Assembly: GCA_027064425.1 (NCBI GenBank)
Contig: JAMOPO010000057.1
Coordinates: 96,001-160,000 of the forward strand
Source: Methanobacteriota archaeon
GTDB lineage: Archaea; JAADCQ01; Methanopyri; Methanopyrales; Methanopyraceae
DNA length: 64,000 nucleotides
Reading direction: 5' to 3'
The translations under genes and the position numbers were made by a program. Positions 1-8,500 of the stretch are shown in pieces (position 1 is the stretch's first letter; every line of letters begins with the position of its first letter). The notes under the pieces are model-generated. The model made no database searches. It saw nothing but the letters and a program-made list of their open reading frames with translations, and was not told where the DNA came from.

Positions 1-753
1 CCAAGGACTGCACGGAGCTTCAGACGTCCTCGTACGACTGGCGCCGGGACTACTTCCTGATGACGCTGGACACCCTGAAGGCGCTGCTGGAGTCGGTGGC
101 GGTGCAGGGCTGGGCCTTGGCGTTCTTCCCGCTCCCGGAGGACCCCAAGGAGCTGCCGGAGCCGGCCCTGGAGGCGCTCTCGGGGCTGCCCGTCCGCGTT
201 CAGGAGTTCAAATGGTCGGAGGAGTCCACCGTCAGGCGAGTCAGGATCGATCTCTACCACGTGAGTTCCGTCGACCGGGTGTGCCGGGTCGTCGCCTGGC
301 TGAAGCGGGCATCCCGACGATCTGCCTGGTCCCGACGACCGTCCACCTGGTCGCGGGGCTGAGCTCGGTGGCGCTGGCGTGGGAGGGAGGGGGTCAGGAG
401 GGCTGGAGCGTCTCGAGGAGGAGGTTGGAAGGCTGGCCCAAGAGCTGGCGGAGCTGCGCCGGCGGTTGCTCGAGGAGGAGGCGAGGCTGGCGGACCTGGA
501 GCGGAGGGTCGCCGAGCTGGAGCGGCGGATGGCGGACGTGGAGGGGAAGGTGTCCGAGCTCGACTCCAGGCTGCGCGGGCTGGGGGAAGAGCTTGAGAGG
601 CTCGAAGGTGGCGTCGCACGGCTGGAGGAGCGCGTTTCGAACGTGGAGCGGAGGTCCCGGGGCGTGCCCCTGCCACCCTGGATCCTCATAGGTACGTTAT
701 TCGGTCGCAGCGGAGCTCGGCCAGGGAGGGGCCGGCCCTGGAGCACCTCTTGA
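1..753 (+). pseudogene. 5'-truncated gene for a probable exported coiled-coil protein with a GVPLPP-hydrophobic tail, broken by two apparent 1-nt frameshifts (pseudogene or homopolymer sequencing errors)
   Basis: Frame open from position 3. Plausible protein passes through three frames (ORFs 60-362, 212-691, 379-753), switching at G-runs near 307-309 and 389-393. The last segment is heptad-rich (LERLEEEVGRLAQEL...KVSELDSRL) and ends GVPLPPWILIG. Confidence 0.5.
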
Positions 754-1177
754 GCAGCCGCTCCGCCTCCTCCGGCTCCTCCGCGACCCCGGTCGGGTCG
801 AAGCCCAGGGACCCTGCTACCTCGGAGGGAGAGGCCTCCGAGGCGGGGTTCTCCTGACCGCCCGTCATCCCCCAGGAGGCGTCGGTTAGGACCACCACGG
901 TCAGGTTCTCGAACCGCTCGCGGTTCTGGGCCACCGTGGCCAGAGTGTGGAGGTGCATGAAGAAGCCGCCGTCGCCGATGACGCAGTAGACTCGGCCCTC
1001 AGCCCTCAGGCAGTGACCCAGCGCGACGGCCATCGCGCCGCCCAGCGCGCCGGTGCCCCCGTCGGGGTCGAGACCCGCCTTGGCCGCGGCGATCGTGTTG
1101 TCCCCGAGGTCTACCACGACCCTATCCTCGCCCTTGACGACCTTGGACAGGGCGAGGAGCGCCTCCTCCGGTCGCAA
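686..1177 (-). CDS. Thiamine-pyrophosphate-binding decarboxylase beta subunit (ComE / phosphonopyruvate decarboxylase-like)
   Basis: TPP motif GDGGFFM...D..WGMTGGQ and GALGGAMAVALG; 163 aa; TTG start with GAGGAG SD. Confidence 0.75.
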   Translation of the reverse strand: MRPEEALLALSKVVKGEDRVVVDLGDNTIAAAKAGLDPDGGTGALGGAMAVALGHCLRAEGRVYCVIGDGGFFMHLHTLATVAQNRERFENLTVVVLTDASWGMTGGQENPASEASPSEVAGSLGFDPTGVAEEPEEAERLLKRCSRAGPSLAELRCDRITYL

Positions 1178-1180
1178 CGT

Positions 1181-1585
1181 TCACTCCTCCTCTAGCAGGT
1201 AGACCTCGCCGTCGTCCAGGTTCACTCGCACGCGGCTACCCTCCGGCGGCATGAGGTGCTTGTGCTCCTCGCCGTGGTGGGGGGCATCCTCCGGGATCTC
1301 GGGCTTCACGAGCAGGTCTTTGACCTCCTCACTGACCGGCTGAGCGTCCCTGATGACCGGGATCTCCCCGTCGTCGGACAGCGTTCTGACCTCTCCCGTG
1401 CAGACGATGGCGACGGCCCCCATCACCTCCGGGTACGTATCGTAGGCGCCGCCCAGGTCCTGCGTGAAGACGACCTGTCCCTCCTGAATATCCACGATCT
1501 GGTCCGGGTGCGTCACGTGGATGACCTCGCCCTCCACCTCACCGCTGCCCCGCACGGTTTCGCCTCGCATGATCAGTCGGGCCAA
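1181..1585 (-). CDS. PEP-utilising enzyme mobile (swivel) domain-like protein
   Basis: GSGEVEGEVIHV...IQEGQVVFT...AVAIV...IPVI...EGSRVRVNLDDGEVY resembles the PPS/PPDK His-swivel fold, but there is no GGxTSH motif. Confidence 0.6.
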   Translation of the reverse strand: MARLIMRGETVRGSGEVEGEVIHVTHPDQIVDIQEGQVVFTQDLGGAYDTYPEVMGAVAIVCTGEVRTLSDDGEIPVIRDAQPVSEEVKDLLVKPEIPEDAPHHGEEHKHLMPPEGSRVRVNLDDGEVYLLEEE

Positions 1586-1689
1586 CTGAACACCCCCGGT
1601 GCGGGAGCGACCGGCAGCCTTATTTTGTCAGCAGTCCACTCTCCTGCGGGTCAAAGACCCACCTCCTCGAGGAGGTAGGGGACTAGACC

Positions 1690-2202
1690 TTGGCGGAGCG
1701 CAGGTGCGAGATCTGCGGCCGCCCGATCCAGGGCCAGCCTAAGATCGTGAAGGTGGAGGGGTCAGAGCTTAGGGTCTGCGAGGAGTGCGCGCAGTTCGGC
1801 AGGGAGGTGGCCCGCCCGCGCGCGGGGTCCGAGCGTAGGGCGCGCGGCCGGGCCCCGGCCCCGCGGCGCGCACCCCGGCCCCGCCGTAGTCGTCCCCGGG
1901 GCGTCGATCCGTTCAGCGAGGGGTACGAGGTGGTTCCGGACTACGCGGAGCGGGTTCGCGAGGCCAGGGAGGAGAAGGGTTGGAGTCAGGAGGAGCTGGC
2001 TGAGAAGCTCGGAGAGAAGGTCTCCGTGATCCGGAGAATAGAGGCCGGGAAGATGGAGCCTGACGTGGATCTGGCCAGGAAGCTGGAGAAGGTCCTGGAG
2101 GTTAAGCTCTTGGAACCGCTGGAGTCGACGGGAAGCGAGGCGTCCAGCTCCGGGGATGAGGGACTCACGCTAGGGGATGTGGTGGAGATTCGCAGGAAGT
2201 AG
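1690..2202 (+). CDS. mbf1: Archaeal multiprotein bridging factor aMBF1 (Zn ribbon + HTH)
   Basis: CEICG...VCEECAQFG Zn ribbon, Cro-type HTH (GWSQEELAEKLGEKVSVIRRIEAG), C-terminal LTLGDVVEIRRK. Confidence 0.92.
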   Translation: MAERRCEICGRPIQGQPKIVKVEGSELRVCEECAQFGREVARPRAGSERRARGRAPAPRRAPRPRRSRPRGVDPFSEGYEVVPDYAERVREAREEKGWSQEELAEKLGEKVSVIRRIEAGKMEPDVDLARKLEKVLEVKLLEPLESTGSEASSSGDEGLTLGDVVEIRRK

Positions 2203-2835
2203 GCCGGACGACAGCAGTAGGCCCAGGCAGACCAGGACGGATGCGGCCGTCGTCACGAGGGCGATGCGCCTGAGGTTCGGCTCCCGGCCCCTCCGCTCCG
2301 CCACCTTTCTCGCGATCTCCATGCTGAGCTCGCGCAGCTTGTCGCTGTCCCGGCGCGCGTAGAGCTTGACCCTACCCTCCTTCCGGTCGACGACCAGGTA
2401 CGCGTCCGCCGTCACGTGGCGCTCGTAGCGGCAGACCCTGTCGAAGCGCCTACGCACCTCCTTGAGGATCTCCTCGATCGTCTCCTCGTCGGCCCGCACG
2501 TCCAGCAGTAGCTTTCCCTCCAGCGGCACGGACTCCTCGAGCACGGCCACGTCGCAGTGGCGGACCGGGGGCGACTGCTCGACGGTCTCCAGCCGCTCGT
2601 CGATCGAGAACTTGTCGACGTACTCCTCACCGAAGAGGACCATCTTATCGAGGGACCGGCAGACGGACGACAGCACGTCCCGGTTGAACGGGTCTATCTC
2701 GCCCACCACCACGACGACGTCGTTCTTCGCCCTCTTAATTAGGCTGACTACTTCCGGTATCGTCCAGCCACTCCTCAGCACCACCAGCGTGGCCTTCCGC
2801 TTCACCTTCTTCCCCCGCTTCACCGGAGATCTCAT
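2170..2835 (-). CDS. Hypothetical protein with a single C-terminal transmembrane anchor
   Basis: 221-aa ORF with genome-typical codon usage ending IALVTTAASVLVCLGLLLSSGLL; overlaps the upstream FtsA-like gene by about 100 nt; start may be a nearby GTG. Confidence 0.65.
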   Translation of the reverse strand: MRSPVKRGKKVKRKATLVVLRSGWTIPEVVSLIKRAKNDVVVVVGEIDPFNRDVLSSVCRSLDKMVLFGEEYVDKFSIDERLETVEQSPPVRHCDVAVLEESVPLEGKLLLDVRADEETIEEILKEVRRRFDRVCRYERHVTADAYLVVDRKEGRVKLYARRDSDKLRELSMEIARKVAERRGREPNLRRIALVTTAASVLVCLGLLLSSGLLPANLHHIP

Positions 2836-4372
2836 CCACCGGGACGAGTATTGGACCCATTTCCTTCACCTGGACGACGATGTACTCGTAGGGGAGCCGG
2901 CGCACCTCGTCCGCTGACTCGGCGGGCAGCGTCCTGACCCGGACGCCCTCCACATCCTCGACTTTGTCGGAGTCCAGCCCGTCGAACTTGATCGAGACGG
3001 TGCCGGCGTAGGCTCGGCCCGAGAGCTTGGCGACGAGCGGGGAGGGTTCCATGAGGATGACCTCTTTGATGAAGCTGATGATGGCCTGCTTCAGGCCCGT
3101 CTTGCGCGGGATCTTCACGGTGTCCTCCAGCCTGCCGCTGACCTCCAGCGAGTAGCGGCCCTCGGGCGCCCTCATCTCGTCCACCTCGACCTCCACCCGG
3201 GCCCCGGCGTGGGCCTGGCACAGCACGGTGTCCCGGAGCACGGACAGCGCGACGACCCGCATGGGACCCTGCAGGCGGCGGCCGGTGTGCGGGACCACGC
3301 GCGAGGCGTCGAGGACCTGGATGCGCGGTACCGTGCCGAGGTAGTCCCGGTAGGCGATCATGACGGCCTCCTTGATCGCGTCCTCCGCCTGGTCCAGCAG
3401 TATTCCGCCGCCGAAGAGCCCCACGCGGTCGGGCGGGTGGAGGTCGGCGGCCCGGATCATACGCTTAACGGCGGACACGATGGTGTCTCGGACGTACTCG
3501 GCTACCTCCTCGATGGGCTCGAGGGCCTGGCTGCGGGAGATACCGTACTTGGACAGCTCCGACTCGGCGACGGGGGAGTTCAGCTTCTTCTTCAGGCTCT
3601 CCGCCTCCTCGTAGGTCAGGCCGAACTCGTTGGCCAGGGCGAGGGTGAAGTCGCGCCCACCGACCTTGATCGACTTGCACATCTCCAGGCTCGAGTCCCG
3701 GATCATGGAAACGTCGGTGGTGCCGCCGCCGGAGTCTATGAGCAGGTAGTCCGTGGCGCGATGCTCCGCCATCAGGGACTTGGCCACGGCGATGGGCTCG
3801 ACGGAGATCGTAATCAGCTTAAGGTTGAGGATGTTCGAGATCCGCTCCAGGTTGTCGACGAGGGTGGGGTTCGCGCTGGAGACGATGGCCCTGAACTTCA
3901 CCTCCGACGCCTTGGTACCGATGATCCCCTCCGGGTGCTCCGAGCTGAGCTCTCGGGGATCAACCTCCGCGCCGTTGACCTTCAGCTCCACGATGTCCAC
4001 GGAAACCGGTCGGCTGCGGCTCGAGAACTCCAGCTGTTCCACGATCGAGTACCCGATATCCTCCCACCGAATGCTTCCGCCAGGGCTCACCTCGATCGTC
4101 TTCTCCTGAATCTCGAACTTGTCCCCGGTCATTGAGAGGCCCACGCCTTCCACCTCGGACCTGGAGATGCCCGCGCTGTGGAGGGCCTCCTCCACGGTCC
4201 GCTCCACGATCTCGCTGACACCTTTGACGTACCGGACGTTGCCGCGCTCCATGACGGTGGGGTCCATGATGTACCGCTCGCTGTACCCCTTAACGATCAG
4301 GTTGTCACCGCGGAGCTTGCCCACGGCGGCCGCTATCACCTCCGTTCCCAGGTCGACGGCCACCACGTGCAA
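2735..4372 (-). CDS. FtsA/PilM-type actin-like ATPase with C-terminal extension
   Basis: Phosphate-1 AVDLGT, EPIAVA connect, phosphate-2 LIDSGGGTTD, GGRDFT...AESLKK, adenosine LFGGG; FtsA-like 1C insert (LKVNG..V.P...IIG.K.SEVKF). Confidence 0.8.
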   Translation of the reverse strand: MHVVAVDLGTEVIAAAVGKLRGDNLIVKGYSERYIMDPTVMERGNVRYVKGVSEIVERTVEEALHSAGISRSEVEGVGLSMTGDKFEIQEKTIEVSPGGSIRWEDIGYSIVEQLEFSSRSRPVSVDIVELKVNGAEVDPRELSSEHPEGIIGTKASEVKFRAIVSSANPTLVDNLERISNILNLKLITISVEPIAVAKSLMAEHRATDYLLIDSGGGTTDVSMIRDSSLEMCKSIKVGGRDFTLALANEFGLTYEEAESLKKKLNSPVAESELSKYGISRSQALEPIEEVAEYVRDTIVSAVKRMIRAADLHPPDRVGLFGGGILLDQAEDAIKEAVMIAYRDYLGTVPRIQVLDASRVVPHTGRRLQGPMRVVALSVLRDTVLCQAHAGARVEVEVDEMRAPEGRYSLEVSGRLEDTVKIPRKTGLKQAIISFIKEVILMEPSPLVAKLSGRAYAGTVSIKFDGLDSDKVEDVEGVRVRTLPAESADEVRRLPYEYIVVQVKEMGPILVPVDEISGEAGEEGEAEGHAGGAEEWLDDTGSSQPN

Positions 4373-4375
4373 GAG

Positions 4376-4690
4376 CTAGCCCTCCAGCTGGCCGAGGTCG
4401 CGCTGCTTGCGGGTTTGGAGCCTCCTGACGTCCTCCAGGTCGATGCCGTGGGCGGTCATGAACGCCTCTACCTCGATCAACAAGTCTCCCAGCTCCTCGA
4501 TCACCTTGTCACGATCACCGCGGCGGACGGCGTCCCGGACCTCGAGCGCCTCCTCCACCAATCGGGCCCCTGTCGCCACCTCTACGGCCCGATCCTTGCG
4601 AGGCGTAAGGCCGGTGATATTAAGGATTTGAGAGTCTAGCCGGCGGCGGGACCGGAACCGGTCGATCGCCGACTTCAGCAGGTCGTTCAA
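4376..4690 (-). CDS. MazG-like nucleotide pyrophosphohydrolase domain protein
   Basis: LVEEALEVRDAV...IEELGDLL motif. Confidence 0.8.
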   Translation of the reverse strand: MNDLLKSAIDRFRSRRRLDSQILNITGLTPRKDRAVEVATGARLVEEALEVRDAVRRGDRDKVIEELGDLLIEVEAFMTAHGIDLEDVRRLQTRKQRDLGQLEG

Positions 4691-4703
4691 GTTCAGCTTC
4701 CCC

Positions 4704-5261
4704 TCACCGCTCGTACACGTACGCGCGTCGACGCTCGTCCAGCTTCAGCACCTTGGGCGGCCCAAGGGAGTCTATCGGAAACGTGTAGCTGACGATCGTG
4801 GCGTCGCACGCGGCAAGGTCGTCGGAGAGCTCGCGCAGGAGCGAGGGGAGCAGGTACACGAACACGATGTCGGGGCGTAAGCCGCGGAGGTCCACCTCCC
4901 GGACGTCGGCCCGTATAAATACCGTTTTATCCTCTACGCCCAGTGTTTCGCACTTGCGTCTCGCAACCTGAAGTACATCCTCACGCACGTCGACACCGAT
5001 GCCGCGGCACCCGTACAGGTAGGCGGCGGCCGCCACGAACCGGCCGTCTCCGCACCCTAGGTCGACCACCCTGGTGCCCGGCTCCGGGTCCAGGTGCTCC
5101 AGGATCCGGATCACGGCGTCGATCGGGGTGGGGACGAAGCACAGTCGGGTCGGGCACGTGACCACGAAGTCGTCGTCCCGGTGGTACTCCACCTCGTCCG
5201 GGAACAGGCGCCGGAGGCGCTCAACCCTCCTGCTCTTCCTCCTCCTTCTCTTTGTCCTCAT
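4704..5261 (-). CDS. Class I SAM-dependent methyltransferase (FVPTP/DLGCGDG type)
   Basis: FVPTP, VVDLGCGDGR motif I, GVD, IVFVYLLP. Confidence 0.85.
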   Translation of the reverse strand: MRTKRRRRKSRRVERLRRLFPDEVEYHRDDDFVVTCPTRLCFVPTPIDAVIRILEHLDPEPGTRVVDLGCGDGRFVAAAAYLYGCRGIGVDVREDVLQVARRKCETLGVEDKTVFIRADVREVDLRGLRPDIVFVYLLPSLLRELSDDLAACDATIVSYTFPIDSLGPPKVLKLDERRRAYVYER

Positions 5262-5625
5262 CCACCCCGATCCTCCGCTTAGGTGAGTGGTACCCTCGCA
5301 GCTCCTCGAACTTGGCGAACCGGCGGAGGAGGCCTCGGTAAATGTCCCCGTGGCGCGGGGTGACGACGATCACGTGCCCGGGCGGGTGGATCTTCGAGAT
5401 CTTCTCGATGATCTCCGCCGGCTCTCCCTCGACCTGTGCGATGGCGGCCACCGGGTACGGTCGCTTGACCTCTCCGAGCAGTTCCCGGACGATGGTGTTG
5501 GCCACGGAGGCGCTGAGGATACGAGGTTTGCCCAAGATTTTAATACCCGCGTACCTCTCTATGTCCGACAGGCTGGTGAGTATCTTCTCATAGGAGTCGG
5601 AGCGCACCACTATAAATACCGGCAG
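5221..5625 (-). CDS. DUF356-like conserved methanogen protein
   Basis: VRSDSYEKILTSLSDIERYAGIKILGKPRI...KIHPPGHVIVV; probable CTG start at 5625, 6 nt after a GGGGTGA SD (ORF track uses GTG 5610). Confidence 0.7.
   Translation of the reverse strand: MPVFIVVRSDSYEKILTSLSDIERYAGIKILGKPRILSASVANTIVRELLGEVKRPYPVAAIAQVEGEPAEIIEKISKIHPPGHVIVVTPRHGDIYRGLLRRFAKFEELRGYHSPKRRIGVDEDKEKEEEEQEG
5611..5618 (+). promoter_or_regulatory. TATA box (TATAAATA) for the DUF2209/hflX unit, embedded in the opposite-strand gene
   Basis: Consensus archaeal TATA about 35-40 nt upstream of the probable start, in otherwise very GC-rich DNA. Confidence 0.55.
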
Positions 5626-5652
5626 CGTGGCTCACCCCGCGGGGGGTCGACT

Positions 5653-6084
5653 CTGGAGCGCACAAACGTGGTCGGGGTCGACATCTCCGGGCGTCACGCC
5701 GAGGAGGACGGCCGGTATAATAGGATCACGGCGTGCGTTTCGGCCGAGGTTGACGGGTTCAACGTGTTCTCGGTCCGCGACGTGAACGTGTTCGTCGTGA
5801 GCACCCCGGAGCCTCCCAACCTGCGGACGCTCGTGGAGGAGGTTTCCAAGGCGCTCAACGGGCTGGACAAGGCGGAGGAGTTCACGGTCGTGGCCGAGCC
5901 GGGCGAGTTCTTCGGGGAGCCCGAGTGGCGCGTTTCCGCCCTGCTGGGCGTCCCGTTCAAGTACGCGGAGACGGTGGCGGAGCGTGAGGTCGTGCAGATG
6001 GCCCACAAGCTGGCCTACGGCGTTTACAAGGGTGTTAAGATGGGGTTGAAGGTTGCCAGATCGTCCCAAGGCAGTCCTGGTTGA
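5653..6084 (+). CDS. DUF2209-like protein
   Basis: VVGVDISGRH...GEFFGEPEW...FKYAET..ERE....AH; start CTG 5653 or GTG 5668 after GGGGGGT SD. Confidence 0.7.
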   Translation: MERTNVVGVDISGRHAEEDGRYNRITACVSAEVDGFNVFSVRDVNVFVVSTPEPPNLRTLVEEVSKALNGLDKAEEFTVVAEPGEFFGEPEWRVSALLGVPFKYAETVAEREVVQMAHKLAYGVYKGVKMGLKVARSSQGSPG

Positions 6085-7324
6085 GCGCCTGGAGTGGGGT
6101 CAGGAGAGCCGGCTGGACGAGCTGGAGCAGCTGGCGGAGTCCGCCGGTTACGAGGTCGTTGGCAGGTTCAAGCAGCTCCGGCACGAGGACCCGAAGTACA
6201 ACATCGGTCGAGGCAAGGTGAAGGAGATCGCCGAGTTCGTCCGGGAGCACGACGCGGACAAGGTCATCTTCGAGAACGAGCTCAAGCCGGTGCAGGCGTT
6301 CAACCTGGCGGGCGAGTTCGGGGTCGAGGTCATCGACCGGTTCCAGCTGATCCTGGAGATCTTCGCGCAGCGGGCCCGGACCAAGGAGGCGAAGCTGCAG
6401 GTCAAGCTCGCCCGGCTCAAGTACGAGCTGCCTCGGGCCCGGGAGATGGTGAACCTGGCGAAGAAGGAGGAGCGGCCGGGCTTCCGCGGCCTGGGTAAGT
6501 ACGAGGCGGACAAGTACGAGGAGATGATCCGGCGGAAGATCGCGAAAATCGAGAAGAAGCTGCGGCAGATCGAGCGGGACCGCAAGCTGAAGAGGAAGCA
6601 CCGGAGGCGGCTCGGCTTCGAGCTCGTGACGCTCGCCGGCTACACCTGCGCGGGTAAGAGCACGCTGATGCGGCGGCTCACGGACGAGAAGGTTCACGTG
6701 GATGAGAAGATGTTCTCCACGCTGGACACGACCACGCGCGTGCTGAACCTGGACGGGCACAAGGTCCTGCTCACGGACACGGTCGGGTTCGTGGACAACC
6801 TGCCGCACTGGCTGGTGGAGTCGTTCAAGTCGACGCTGGAGGAGACGGCCCAGGCCGATCTGGTCCTGCTGGTCGTGGACGTGAGCGAGGAGCTGAGCGA
6901 GATAAAGCGAAAGCTACGCGTGTGCCACCGGGTGCTGGACGAGATCGGGGTCCGCTCCCCGGTCGTCACGGCGCTCAACAAGGTGGACCTCATCGGCTGG
7001 GAGGAGGCGGAGCGGAAGCTCGAGGCGCTCCAGGGGATGGTCTCGCACCCGGTCATCATCTCCGCCAAGACGGGCGAGGGCATCGACGAGCTGAAGGAGC
7101 GCCTCCGGGCCGTGTTGTCCCGGTACTGGAGGAACGTCCGCGTGCGGCTCCCCGCGGACCCGCGCAGTATGAGCGTGGTTTCCCGGCTGCACGACATGGG
7201 CAAGGTCCTGGACGAGCGGTGGTCCGAGGACGGCGTGGAGCTGTACGTGGAGGTCAGCGAGAAGGTGGTCGGGCGGATCAAGGGAATGATCGAGGACATG
7301 GGTGAGGTGGAGGTGCTCGACTGA
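6053..7324 (+). CDS. hflX: GTPase HflX
   Basis: IGRGKV.EI, DRFQLILEIFAQRARTKEAKLQVKLARL, G1 GYTCAGKS, FSTLD, DTVGF, NKVD, ISAKTG. Confidence 0.96.
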   Translation: MPDRPKAVLVERLEWGQESRLDELEQLAESAGYEVVGRFKQLRHEDPKYNIGRGKVKEIAEFVREHDADKVIFENELKPVQAFNLAGEFGVEVIDRFQLILEIFAQRARTKEAKLQVKLARLKYELPRAREMVNLAKKEERPGFRGLGKYEADKYEEMIRRKIAKIEKKLRQIERDRKLKRKHRRRLGFELVTLAGYTCAGKSTLMRRLTDEKVHVDEKMFSTLDTTTRVLNLDGHKVLLTDTVGFVDNLPHWLVESFKSTLEETAQADLVLLVVDVSEELSEIKRKLRVCHRVLDEIGVRSPVVTALNKVDLIGWEEAERKLEALQGMVSHPVIISAKTGEGIDELKERLRAVLSRYWRNVRVRLPADPRSMSVVSRLHDMGKVLDERWSEDGVELYVEVSEKVVGRIKGMIEDMGEVEVLD

Positions 7325-7332
7325 CGGGTCGA

Positions 7333-7779
7333 TCAGTCCTCGGACCGGGACTCCACGCTCTTCCGGTACCACTCCGGCACCTGGACCAGCGCGTACCCAC
7401 CGTCCGGGCCCGGCTTGCCGTCGATCTTGAAGCCCATCTTACGCAGGTCCTTGACCCGGTTGTGCACGGCCACCCGGCTCTCCCGGTTGATGAACTCCTT
7501 CAGCAGCTCCCCGCTGACGTAGTTGCCCGAGCGCGTGTATATACCGGCCTCCTTGAGGATCTGCTTCGCCTTCTTCTCGCCGACGGTCTTGGAGAGCTGG
7601 TCGAGGAGCCGGTTGGCCTCCTCCAGCACGGAGAGGATGATCAGGTGACCCGCGTCCACCTTAACCCCCTTCTCGTAGGCCCGCTTGAGGAACTCCCACA
7701 GGTCCCCGCGCGGGCGACTCTTGGCGACCCGCTCCAGCCTGAGCTGGGTCAGGGCGGCGATCTCATCGTCCCGCGCCAT
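7333..7779 (-). CDS. Winged-HTH (HTH_11/BirA-N-like) DNA-binding protein
   Basis: YVSGELL...SRVAVHNRVKDLRKMGFKIDGKPGPDGGY wing motif. Confidence 0.7.
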   Translation of the reverse strand: MARDDEIAALTQLRLERVAKSRPRGDLWEFLKRAYEKGVKVDAGHLIILSVLEEANRLLDQLSKTVGEKKAKQILKEAGIYTRSGNYVSGELLKEFINRESRVAVHNRVKDLRKMGFKIDGKPGPDGGYALVQVPEWYRKSVESRSED

Positions 7780-7800
7780 AGCGATTCCCCCACGTTCCGA

Positions 7801-7830
7801 CCCGTGTAACGTTTCACGGGATATAACTTT
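7801..7830 (-). promoter_or_regulatory. Promoter (AAAG-TTATAT) with an adjacent 20-bp palindromic operator
   Basis: Minus-strand AAAGTTATAT at 7830-7821, immediately followed by CCCGTGTAACGTTTCACGGG (7801-7820, palindrome with one mismatched pair). Confidence 0.65.
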
Positions 7831-7858
7831 GGCGCGGTGAGGGGGCGTCGGGAGGGCG

Positions 7859-8500
7859 TCAGGACCGCCTCAGCTCCTGCCGCTTCTTGGCCACTCGGCG
7901 GGCCACCACCGCCTCGCCCAGCTTGAACAGGTACACGAACAGCCGCTCGATCCCGCCCATGAGCCACAGCACGTACCCGAACGTCCGATCGCTGATCTTA
8001 CGCTCGAACTCCTCCGGGGACAGGTCCCGGTCCAGCTCCCGATTAAACACCATCGTCGCCGCCTCCACGAACTCCCGCCACGAGATCCCGGGCGCGTGCT
8101 CGTGCACCTCGCGCAGCAGCTTCTCCACCGGCGTGTCGTACAGCCTGGACATCAGCTCCACCACCGACCGCAGCGTGACCACACCAACCACGCTCATGTC
8201 GTCCTCCACCAGCGGGACCAGCGTAAGGTCGGACTCCATCATCACCTCCACGGCCTCGGTGATCGGGTCCGAGGGAGCGATGGACTCCGGCCGCCTCGAG
8301 ACCTCCTCCACCCGGCCGGCACCGGCCACGAGGCCCCGGCACACGTCGTTCGAGGTCACGAGGCCCGCCAGACGGTCGGAGTCGTCCACCACGACCGCCG
8401 TGTACTCCGAGTACCGGGCGAGCTCGCGAGCGGCCTGCTCGAGGTCATCGTCCACGCGAACTTTCGGGTACTCCCGCGTTGCCCACCGCTCCGCCCTCAA
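7859..8500 (-). CDS. CBS-domain pair protein with helical C-terminal domain
   Basis: Two CBS motifs (VVDDSDRLAGLVT..D; VPLVEDD..VVGVVT); overlaps the stop of the last polyferredoxin. Confidence 0.85.
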   Translation of the reverse strand: MRAERWATREYPKVRVDDDLEQAARELARYSEYTAVVVDDSDRLAGLVTSNDVCRGLVAGAGRVEEVSRRPESIAPSDPITEAVEVMMESDLTLVPLVEDDMSVVGVVTLRSVVELMSRLYDTPVEKLLREVHEHAPGISWREFVEAATMVFNRELDRDLSPEEFERKISDRTFGYVLWLMGGIERLFVYLFKLGEAVVARRVAKKRQELRRS

